From positions 22,072,001 through 22,136,000 of the forward strand of contig OZ249437.1 of assembly GCA_965235115.1 (NCBI GenBank): DNA of 64,000 bases, read 5' to 3'. Of the stretch, positions 36,454 to 48,000 are shown one piece after another; position 1 is the first letter of the stretch; each line of letters begins with the position of its first letter. Under the pieces are notes generated by a model, which had not been told where the DNA came from, did not search any database, and saw nothing but the letters and a program-made list of their open reading frames with translations. A program made the translations under genes and the position numbers. The DNA comes from Laetmonice hystrix (Eukaryota).

Positions 36454-39400
36454 TTACATTCGTATGACGGCTGATTGATGTTGCTGGGAGGCTTGGCTTT
36501 GTTTAACTATCCTCAGACACCGACCTAGAACCTGGAACACACACAAATATCAAGGTATCAATCAACAATATAACTCACTGGAGTTACCTACTACATCAAT
36601 CAACTATATAACTGGGGTTAAACTACATCAATCAACAATATAACTAGGGTTAACTGCATCTGATTTGGCTGGGTTTCCTAAAGTATATTGTTGTTTGAGA
36701 TTTGACCAATCCTATCACCCACAGAACCCCTGATATAGGTAGACTGTTACCATGGTAATTATCTGAGATTTGACCAATCCTACCACCCACAGAACCCCTG
36801 ATATAGGTAGACTGTTACCATGGTAATTATCTGAGATTTGACCAATCCTATCACCCACAGAACCCCTGATATAGGTAGACTGTTACCATGGTAATTATCT
36901 CAGATTTGACCAATCCTACCACCCACAGAACCTCTGATATAGGTAGACTGTTACCATGGTAATTATCTGAGATTTAACCAATCCTACCACCCACAGAACC
37001 CCTGATATAGGTAGACTGTTACCATGGTAATTATCTAAGATTTGACCAATCCTATCACCCACAGAACCCCTGATATAGGTAGACTGGTACCATGGTAATT
37101 ATCTGAGATTTGACCAATCCTACCACCCACAGAACCTCTGATATAGGTAGACTGTTACCATGGTAATTATCTGAGATTTGACCAATCCTATCACCCACAG
37201 AATGCCTGATATAGGTAGACTGTTACCATGGTAATTATCTGAGATTTGACCAATCCTATCACCCACAGAACCTCTGATATAGGTAGACTGTTACCATGGT
37301 AATTATCTGAGATTGGACCAATCCTACCACCCACAGAACCCCTGATATAGGTAGACTGTTACCATGGTAATTATCTGAGATTTGACCAATCCTACCACCC
37401 ACAGAACCCCTGATATAGGTAGACTGTTACCATGGTAATTATCTGAGATTTGACTAATCCTATCACCCACAGAACCTCCGATATAGGTAGACTGTTACCA
37501 TGGTAATTATCTGAGATTTGACCAATCCTATCACCCACAGAACCTCTGATATAGGTAGACTGTTACCATGGTAATTATCTCAGATTTTACCAAGCCTACT
37601 ACCCACAGAACCCCTGATATAGGTAGACTGTTACCATGGTAATTATCTCAGATTTTACCAAGCCTACCACCCACAGAACCCCTGATATAGGTAGACTGTT
37701 ACCATGGTAATTATCTGAGATTTGACCAATCCTATCACCCACAGAACCTCTGATATAGGTAGACTGTTACCATGGTAATTATCTGAGATTTGACCAATCC
37801 TATCACCCACAGAACCCCTGATATAGGTAGACTGTATGTTACCGTGACAATCATCTGACCTGTCGTGTTTGTTGAGGTAGAATAATTCCATCATCCCACA
37901 GTCGTGATGAGGAGTAGAATGCCGAGGTCTGCTGCTGTATCAAGTCTATGATCGCATCACGTGTCTGCTTCAAGTCTTCATCATTGCTGCCAGGTTTTAC
38001 TGAGGACTTAGCCTTGATGATTGTGAAAGGGACCAGTGAGAAAACATGGGTAGACCAGGCCAAGAATGCTATGTATAGAGGAAGGGGAGTCACAGGTAGT
38101 GAAACAGTAAGAGGACTTTTTATTCCTATACATAATACTCCAATACATAATGGTCAAACTGACACAAACATAATGGACTGAATGTCTCTTAAAAATCAGT
38201 GGCAATGCAATCCTGGTCTCGACAATCTACCATAATTAGTATACCGTACTGAATATTAAGTAGGGTAGTAATAGTAGTACCATGATTACTCTTTACACAT
38301 GTTTATAGCCATAGTTCCAATTACTCTTTACATAGTACAATGTATATATATAGCCATAGTTCCAACTACTCTTTCCACAGTTCATATCCATAGTTCCCAC
38401 AATTCCCACAATGAACTTACTTTCAGTGCCAAATCTATCAGGTTTTCCGGACTGTCAATTCCAATCTTGGCATTGGGCCAGCTGAAGACAAACCTGGGAT
38501 CAAAAGACCGCCCTCCCTAAAAAACAAAAACTTGCATTACCTTTCTCTACAAGTTTGAATATGAGGAGAAGCACTTAAAAACACTGAATGTCCGATTAAT
38601 TTTACCACCAAAAATATATCTGAATTTTTCCTGAAATAAAAAAGAAAGGAGTCCCTTGATACGGATTTATAGTCTTGATCTGTATTTTCTTCTATAAGTG
38701 GAGCACACAACATTTAACCCAGAGGGGTGTGACAATGCTGGTGCTATAAGAGAACACTAACCATCATGTAGTTACTTGGTCCAAAACTGTTTCCCACAAT
38801 GACTGTGAGCTTGGGAACCTGAGTGCACGCCACAGCTGTCATCAGTCTGGCTTGCATCCGAAGCTCAATGCCAGCAGCGTCAGCTACAGCATGGACATTA
38901 GTTCAGGAATAAGTACATGGATCCATTTCAGCAAATACGTGGCTCGTTGAGTCAAGTGGCTTTTTTGAGGGGGATAATAAATACTTACTGACATTGACTT
39001 GAACAGCCAGTGAAATTCATTGGTTCGTCGCCTGATAAATTTCATGCACTGTCCTAAGTCAATGCCAGGTAAACAACCAGCCATAGGCCGATCACTTCAT
39101 AGTGACAACAAGCAACTGGAATGTTTAATTTCATTAGACTTCTCCATTTCTGTGGGTATACATTTATTGATTTATGTAGTCTAAGGCCTCATCTAAACTC
39201 ACATCCCATGTCTGAATTTTTGAATCACTGAATTGCGAGATACTCTCCGATTGCTTTAACTGGAAGTGTTTACTAATATTAGGTGGAGGAGTTTGCTACA
39301 TTTCAACTCTACAAGACAGTGTTTAAGTCTTGGGCTGACAAAAGTCATACCTACTGACCAATCACAGCCCTTGTGGTTAAACTTTAGCCAAGTGAAGATT

Positions 39401-42400
39401 ATCAGTGACCATGAGGGTTTGATCTGTGTGAAGTACAGGTGTAACGCAGGGTATCACCTTGTTTTGGTCCTGAACCTTGGTCCAATGTTGGTGATGGAGT
39501 GTTCTGGAGGAAGATGAGAGGCACCTGTCTCTGTGAACAGAGCTGTACAAAGTGAGAACCCTTGGTAGCTGCGTCACCAGTGATAGGGCCATTATTGGCA
39601 ACAATACCAACCAGGTTCCTGAAAACACAAAACATGGTTCTACAGGTCTCACTAGGTTTACAACAACTGAAAAATATGGGAGCTTATCTCACTCGTAATA
39701 TGGAAGGTTATCTCTCTGGTAATATAGGTTATCTCTCTGGCAATATAGGTTATCTCTCTGGTAATATAGGTTATCTCTCTGGTAATATAGGTTATCTCTC
39801 CGGTAATATAGGTTATCTCTCCGGTAATATAGGTTATCTCTCTGGTAATATAGGTTATCTCCCTGGTAATATAGGTTATCTCTCTGGTAATATAGGTTAT
39901 CTCTCTGGTAATATAGGTTATCTCTCTGGTAATATAGGTTATCTCTCTGGTAATTTGATGACTGCTTGGCCCAGATTGGGTATCAGCCATCTTTTAATCT
40001 AAAAGAACAAAATCTTACCCTTCAATGTGGGCAAAACCTGTTATCAATGTTGGGCCATAGCGTGCTTTGAACTCTTGAAAACAGCTTTCATCAACAATAC
40101 GTGATATAACCTACAAGATACCAAATTGTATTCAAATAATTTTTCCTGCAAGACAACAACACCTTTTGATTCTTCACAATCTTCTTTAAATATTGATAAA
40201 TAAAAAAACCTATCAAGAATCTTTTGAAGCTTAGCTGTCTATCATAATGCTATATAATATTTTCATAGATCCAATATATTTGGGAGGCTGCCTTGTGTTG
40301 ATTGTGACCCGCCTTGTACATATCCATGGTCTCCTGGTGTTTGGCGGGAATCAAGCCACACAAGTCCTCCGGGTCATAAACAGGTTCGGAGTAGTCCTCC
40401 TCTGACTCCACTATGGGCATGTTGAAAGTTTCCACGATGTTACGACTCAGCGTGAAGGCTTCCATCTCAGTCTTAGCAAAGTGGTCTGTTGCCCCACTGA
40501 CACTGTAAAATCAGAGGTAGCATCCTTTAAAAATCTGCTCTCCAGCAGTCTGCAATAACTTTTTGTTCACTTTCAAAACCGACTTTTCCTTCTTTGCTAT
40601 TGTTTGTGGGATTGCTAGATATACTAGTGAGACAAGTTGTTATTAACTGATTTGAAAAACGTTCTTTGCTTTCCTTCGATTATACTACAGAGTGAAAACA
40701 AAGATGACTGATTGAGCTCTAACCTACAATGAAGATTGGCACCACCCAAGTCCTCAGCACTGACCACTTCTCCCAAGGCAGCATAAACAAGTGGTGGACC
40801 ACCCAGGAAGATGGTTCCCACACGGTCAACAATGACTGTCTCTTGACACATGGTGGGGACGTATGCCCCACCCGCAGTACAGCTACCACACACGATGGCT
40901 ACCTGTGGTCCACCAAACAACATTACCGGTATATTAGAAAATTCTATTATAACACAAATCTTGGATATTTCTAATGTCTTTTTCTCCAGCCACCAAAAGC
41001 ACTTCGTTGTAAAATGTCTTACCTGAGGAATGTTCATTGAATTGAGAATAGCTTCATTGTAAAATGCACGCCCACCCTGTTCCTTGTCTGGGAATATGTC
41101 GGCCTGTGGATATTGAAAGAACATTAATTAAAACATGATCTCAGAGGAACTAAACACCATCAGGATTTATAGGTCACTGTAGCAAGACTTCACCAAGAGT
41201 AAAAGAAAAGTCATACAATTTGTTAAAGTTGAAAATTCTTTTGAGAGTATCACTAATAAAAATATGATGGTCACTATAATGTACAAAATGTCCATTGGTG
41301 GATCGAGAGGTCCTCAGGGGCATACCCTCCCTTAATTTTATTTTGCTTATCTTTGGACCCTTGAAAAGGAGCCTAAAAACATTTTTCCTTATGCATGGTG
41401 GATGCACCCCCACCTTGACTTTGTAATGACCTTACCTGCAAGGGGAGGAAGGCACCACCACTGTCGACAATATAAATGCAGGGCAGCTGGTTTTTCATGG
41501 CAATCTCCTGGGCCCGCAACTGTTTTTTGACAGACACAGGATAAATTGTCCCACCCTTTACAGTGGCATCATTGATGAGTAATGTACAGTAACGTCCTTC
41601 TACCTTTCCGATACCTGTAATTAACAATCATCATTGATGAGTAATGTACAGTAACGTCCTTCTACCTGTCCGATACCTGTAATTAACAATCATCATTGAT
41701 GAGTAATGTACAGTAACATCCTTCTACCTGTCCGACACCTGTAATTAACAATCATCATTGATGAGTAATGTACAGTAACGTCCTTCTACCTTTCCGACAC
41801 CTGTAATTAACAATCATCATTGATGAGTAATGTACAGTAACGTCCTTCTACCTGTCCGATACCTGTAATTAACAATCATCATTGATGAGTAATGTACAGT
41901 AACATCCTTCTACCTGTCCGATACCTGTAATTAACAATCATCGTTGATGAGTAATGTACAGTAACGTCCTTCTACCTTTCCGACACCTGTAATTAACAAT
42001 CATCATTGACGAGTAATGTACAGTAACGTCCTTCTACCTGTCCGATACCCAGCTGCCGATACCTGTAATTAACAATAACACAGTGAAGTCTGGACCAGAT
42101 ACAGGCATTCCAGTGGAAGTGAATGTCACTGTAAGACTTATGTCGTTATGGTAGTCCCTCCCTTCCCTAAGCAGTATATGAAAAAGTCATATGGATCAGT
42201 GGACAGAAAATTCACATGAAAAATGAGGATCAAATCCTGACTGATGAGTGCTCCTTAATTTGGTTGGTGTCCAGAGTTAAATATTGATTTAATCAATCCT
42301 CACCTGTTTTCACTTCAACTTTTCGAAACAAACATCATGAGTGACAGATACTGAGATGGGCCTACTTCTTACATTTTGTAAGTAGTTCGTGAAAAGGTCA

Positions 42401-43280
42401 TACTGGATCAGTGCTGGGATTAGAATGTCTAACAATGAAAAATGCGGAAACACATGATATTATATGCTCATATATTATTACACTTAATTAAGGGGAGAAA
42501 ATGCAGAAATTCACTGATCCGCGGAGGATTTCCCTCTCAGTGGACAGAAAATAAAGATGAGGCTGATGATTTGTGCCCCCTTGCCATTGGTGCCCAGGCC
42601 AAGGTTAACCAAATTGGTTTAATCAATAATCAACCTTTCAGTTTCAGGTAACATTGAAACTTACATACAATGAAACATCTAAAGGGTAATAATCACTTAC
42701 GCCGTAGTTGCAGTATTATTATTCAGATTAAAAATTAAATCCATTAATTTGCTCCTAGTAAAATCCTACCTGTGATGATCCCAGCTCGGGGAACGCTCCC
42801 ATACTCCATCCCCATACCAGCTAACGGGGACAGTTCTAACCACTCGATAGCGTTATCCAGCATCAGTCTCAGCCTTTCCTCCGCCAGCAACTTTTTATTT
42901 TGCCTAACATGGCGTTCGATCGCTTTTTCCCCGCCACCCGCCATAGCCGCTTCAAGTAACGTTTTATATTTGGCGTGAAGGTCTTTCTGAGTTTCCTTAT
43001 TTTCTATAAATTCCTTCGACTCGTACGTCTTTCTGTCGATGTCTCCATCAAGACGTGTGAATGACGCCGCCCATTTCCCTCTGCCGTGGCTGGAGGCACG
43101 GGAGACGCAGCGCACCTGGCCGTAGGCGAGACTGGGCGGCCCTGTGCCCAGCGGCGGAGTAGGGAGGCCCGTTCTCCGGGCACTGTCCGCCAGTCGTGGC
43201 AGTACCCGCCCACACTGCCCCCTCGGCCTGACACCCCACGCAGACCTCATCAACCATCGTGAGACGTTGCTCGACGGCAT
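36454..43280 (-). CDS. Methylcrotonoyl-CoA carboxylase beta-chain-like (MCCC2-like paralog) carboxyltransferase, 613 aa, 11 exons
   Basis: Exons (- strand): 43280-42770, 41614-41436, 41103-41023, 40902-40724, 40502-40313, 40110-40019, 39618-39458, 38883-38762, 38516-38421, 38012-37860, 36531-36454; sum 1842 nt. Motifs [57 protein letters not shown]; Arg-rich N-terminus resembling a mitochondrial presequence. Confidence 0.88.
36695..37835. repeat. 68-bp minisatellite in the last intron of the MCCC2-like gene
   Basis: GAGATTTGACCAATCCTATCACCCACAGAACCCCTGATATAGG..., ~17 copies. Confidence 0.95.
38992..39180. mobile_element. Partial copy of the 46227-46546 MITE in an intron of the MCCC2-like gene
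   Basis: Shares CATTGACTTGAAC...CAGCCATAGGCCGATCAC...CTGTGGGTATACATTTATTGATTTATGTAG. Confidence 0.65.
39705..39955. repeat. 21-bp minisatellite
   Basis: GGTTATCTCTCTGGTAATATA, ~12 copies. Confidence 0.95.
41567..42070 (-). repeat. 62-bp acceptor array of MCCC2-like exon 2
   Basis: (- strand) TTGTTAATTACAG|GTATCGGAAAGGTAGAAGG x8. Confidence 0.95.
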
Positions 43281-43862
43281 CCTCTATATATGACATGTAC
43301 CTGCGACCGTCACATGAAATCACTCTCACTTAGATATCAATACGATCATGAGTGAGATTCTGTTTAGATCAACTTTTGTTAGAGCGGCCGGTGCCAGACG
43401 TCAAAGGTCACCGCTGTATCGGCGGATGATATCCCACTTGCGGCTTGTGGTGATGCATGGTGTCGGCAGATGTCGCTGTGTGAGATCCTCAAAGTCCGAA
43501 ATTCCTGAATATTTCCGAAACCACTAGGCCTATTACAATTATAGAACTAACACCAGAGTCTTGATAATTTCTGACTTTTATTTTTGTTCTTTGCTTTGAC
43601 TTTGGCTGAGCGGTTCTAAGCTTGCTAACTCCAAGCAGATGTGCTCGGGAACAGGAAGTCAGTGGAGGTTCTCTGCCGAGGAGTTCGGCATTAAACCGGA
43701 AGTACGGGGTCTGGGATTATCGACATCATCAAGGGAAGGGGCGAGCTTTTGTAGGAATCATTTCATCATTGAAGCCATATTGCTCTATCTAATCCATTTA
43801 CCCAAACATGAAGTGATTCTAGGCTGAACGTAGAACGCGCCAGTATTTTTCCACAGGCAGAG
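43281..43862. promoter_or_regulatory. Probable bidirectional promoter between the MCCC2-like gene (-) and AP1M1 (+)
   Basis: Head-to-head genes less than 600 bp apart; CpG-rich; ETS-type CCGGAAGT (43696-43703) and CAGGAAGT (~43652); E-box GTCACATGA (43309-43317). Confidence 0.55.
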
Positions 43863-45050
43863 GTAAGCGAACGTGAGTAGTTAGTCGTGTGGCGAGACCG
43901 GTGAGTGAGGCAGAGTGCGCGGTGTCTGTGTGAGTGACGTTTGCCGTGACTGCGGCCCGTGACTGGGTGACGATGACATCCGGAGATGGGTTTGGCCTAC
44001 TGTCTGTAGTGTAGTGTCCCCGACCGGCACACAAACCGCACATCTCAGCCGTGATGGTCTGTCTGAATGCGATGCTAACTTGATCTCTGTAGCTGCAGCA
44101 AACCAGATAATCCGATCAGCAATGCCAACTGTCTGGCCTTGGGCTTGGCTGGAAGTTGAGGCCTAGCCCTAGCCTAGCCTAGGACTAGGTTACTGAATAC
44201 TGTAACTTACATAGTAATAATAGGTGGGAGTCTAGCTACTGCCCTATGTCCTAACGTTAGTTTGTAGTCAGCAAAGTCAAAATCAAAAATTATACACAGT
44301 CGTTTTTTGCCGGCTAAATAGGCCTATACATTACCTAAATTATGTGGAATTAAAACAAGGTACCATAGCCTATATTTAGCTGGCAAAAAATAGCCACGCT
44401 CAAACGCAGTAAACCACCAATGAGCGTTAAGGTTAAGGCTAGGGATAGCACTACTGGCTATGAGTACTGTCAAAAAGAGCGGAAGTATGGGAGAAGCCAT
44501 TGCTGGCTAAATATAGACACTGCCATTGCCTTAATAACTAAATACGGAGGAGTCTTCACCTACCGACTACCGTATCCCTTTATATACAAAATCAAAATTT
44601 ACGGTACATCAAATCTACTACATTATGACGTCACTATCAGATAGTACGCCAGTCATCGCCATGCCGGGAAGGACAGCTTGTTTGAAAAAATGCGGGGGTG
44701 CGCGGTAAATAGGTAGTACCGGGGGTACGCAGCTAAAGGGACATATACAGTATTAGGGTCAGTTAGGTCCCCGGTCTTTACTAGTCCGAGGTGGTCCTTC
44801 TCAGTAATCTGCAGTGAAAAGTGCCACCCGAATTTGACTACGATAGCTCATTGATTTTTGTTATGTTTTATTAATCTCAATTTTTAAATACTGATAATTT
44901 CTATAACACACCACTGATATATATATATGCGTATTCATAATGCATCAGGAGGATGTCATTCTGTGATTGCCATCTTCACAAGCTGCAGTTAGTGCACACT
45001 GTTTTATTGTTATTTTATTTATTATTTCAGTGACTAGGAAACTTGTAAAT

Positions 45051-48000
45051 ATGTCTGCGTCTGCAGTTTATATCCTAGATTTAAAAGGAAAGGTAAGTGT
45101 ATTAATTATATACATGTCTTTATAAATGAAAAAAATAGACAAGTAAATTATTTTTCTGTTAAAGTAAAGCCATCACCATTTCAAAATTGAATTCACAATT
45201 TCACAATTTTATGAAGATATTTCAAATTAATTTGTGATAGCATTAGGTTATTTTCAAAATAAAACAAGAACTGCACTGTTTTTCCAGGTCCTAATATGTC
45301 GCAATTATCGAGGTGATATTGACATGTCGGTGATTGACAAATTTATGCCACTGATGATGGAGCGAGAAGAGGAGGGAACAACTGCACCTATCATTCAACA
45401 TGGCAATGTTACATTTGTCTACATCAAATACAACAATCTTCATCGTATCCTTGAATCTTAAGTCTATATAGAAAATAACTAGCAAATCAGACTTCAATAA
45501 TGAAGTATGCAGCAAACAATGATATCTTGGTATTTTATATTTATTTGTTGCTGCATTCAGTAACTAAAATAGCAGAATTAATTTAGCAAATTGTTTAAAT
45601 TAAAAAAAATGTGAAGGGGAGAGGGAGGATGTTGTGAGTGAACACCTGGTTCAGCTCTAGTTTTGAAGAGCTTTGTAATAAACTCTTCAAAACATGTCAA
45701 ATGAAAACCAAAATTTTTCTTAAGTACACCTGTAGTGGTTTCCACCACAAAGAAGAACACAAATTTGGTCCTTGTGTTTACGTTTCTCCATAAGATTGTT
45801 AGAGTAAGTATAACCATATTAGGAAACCAAACATTTCTTGTCAAACTAGTTGTGGCCAGATATATATTGACATTAACAAGAGCATGACGTGGAATGCAAA
45901 CTTTGTCTTTATTGTGAATATATTTTTACTTCTATATTTTAGTGAAAGATTGGTATATCGCCCATGATAACTTAAATCCCAAGAAATTTGGTCAATACTA
46001 AAGATCCATAGCCCTGACCTTATCCCTAAGCCCTGACCCTGGTATCTACAGCTCTCAAAAACATATCCCTATCCCTATCCCTGACTTTAACCCAAACCCC
46101 TGCCCAAAAATTGTGTGGGGAAGTTACCATGGTGGAATAACCAAAAGATCTTGTTTAAAGCCAACAGCCACAATCTTTTCTTTCAATGACTTGAAAGTGC
46201 AGACATGGACTGTAAAGATAAGGCCTTAGCCTACATAAATCAATAAGTGTGTACCCACAGAAATGGAGAAATCTAATGACATTCAACATTCCAGTTGCCT
46301 GTTGTCGCTATGAAGTTATCTGCCTATGGCTGAAAGTTGACAAAATCGTTGACCTGGCATTGACTTGAACAACCAATGAAATTTGTCGGTTAGATCACCT
46401 GATGAATTTCATTGGCCAAGTCAGCGATTTTGTCAACAACCAGCCTTAGGCCGATCACGTCATAGCAACAACAGGCAACTAGAATGTTGAATTTCATTCA
46501 ATTTCTTCACTTCTGTGGGAATACATTTATCGATTTAAGTAGGCTACGGTGTTATCGCCTGTAGGTAGGAGGTAGAAATATGGTTCTTTATGTGATTAAT
46601 TATCTGTGGGCATGTGTCCATGTGTTTGTGGCCGCCATATGTGGTGTCAGTGACCGTTAGCATTTCTCAGGTCTTTGAACAGTATCATAGCTAAACTGTT
46701 GCTACTCAGTGTTGTTGTACGTTATATTCCTTGATTTGCGTTTCAAAGTGGTGTCCACTAGCAAGAAGAATGCTAATGTAGCCGTTGTGTTCGCCTGGTT
46801 ACACAGAATAGTTGGTGTGAGTAGAATATGAGCCTTCCTAGTAGCAGTTTCAAGAGTGTAAAATGTGTTTCTTAAAATAATAAGTTTCTTTTGATTATAT
46901 GTTTTTGTATACAGAATAGAATATCTTAAATCATAAAATGTTGTATTAATTATGATTTCGAGATTTTGTTTAGTAATGACAACCATTGTGTCATGCAGTT
47001 TTAGTAACACAAAGTTTTTTATTGGCAGGTATTTTGTGAGTACTTCAAAGAGCTGGAAGAAGAAAGTATTCGTGACAATTTTGTCATAATCTACGAACTG
47101 CTTGATGAGCTGATGGACTTTGGTTATCCTCAGACCACTGACAGCAAGATCCTACAGGAGTGAGTAGTGAAATTGTTACATAATCATGTATTCAGGTGAC
47201 ACTTCATGAAACCACCATTACCCACTCGAGTACTCACTGGTACCATTACTCACTCACTTCTTCTAATCCACACACATCTTCTAATCCACATTTGAAATCT
47301 GTCTGAATGGTGGCAATTTGGGTATGCAGGATCCTGGAATTTGTAACACAATACTGTTAACTAACTAATAATTAAGTAACTCATCATGATGGAATTATAT
47401 CAACAGGTTCATCACACAGGAAGGTCATAAACTTGAGGTCGCACCTCGACCTCCAATGGCGGTCACCAATGCTGTGTCGTGGAGGTCAGAGGGCATCAAG
47501 TATAGAAAAAACGAAGTCTTCTTGGATGTCATTGAATCTGTTAATCTTCTGGTAAAAATGTTGTTTCTCAATACGCTTAAAGTAAATGAGCAATTATTCT
47601 TTTGAATTTACCAAAGAATATAGCATCCTATTCAGGAATACTCTCTGTCTCCTAGTCCCCTAGATTCAGTAGTCCAATCTTATACACTTAATAGTGTATA
47701 AGAGTAATAACCCATATAGCAAATCCTGCTACGCCCTAATGAGATACCAGCATGAGATGTAGTTTACAAAGTTATATTTGTAGGTGAGCGCAAATGGCAA
47801 TGTCTTACGGAGTGAGATTGTTGGAGCAATCAAGATGAGAGTGTACCTGTCAGGGATGCCTGAACTTCGTCTTGGCTTGAACGACAAAGTTCTCTTTGAG
47901 AGTACTGGCAGTAAGTACCTAAACTATGACGTGACCTCCACCGATACAATTGTTACAAAATTCAGGTTAAGATGATGAGTGTGAAACTGGTTATTTTTGT

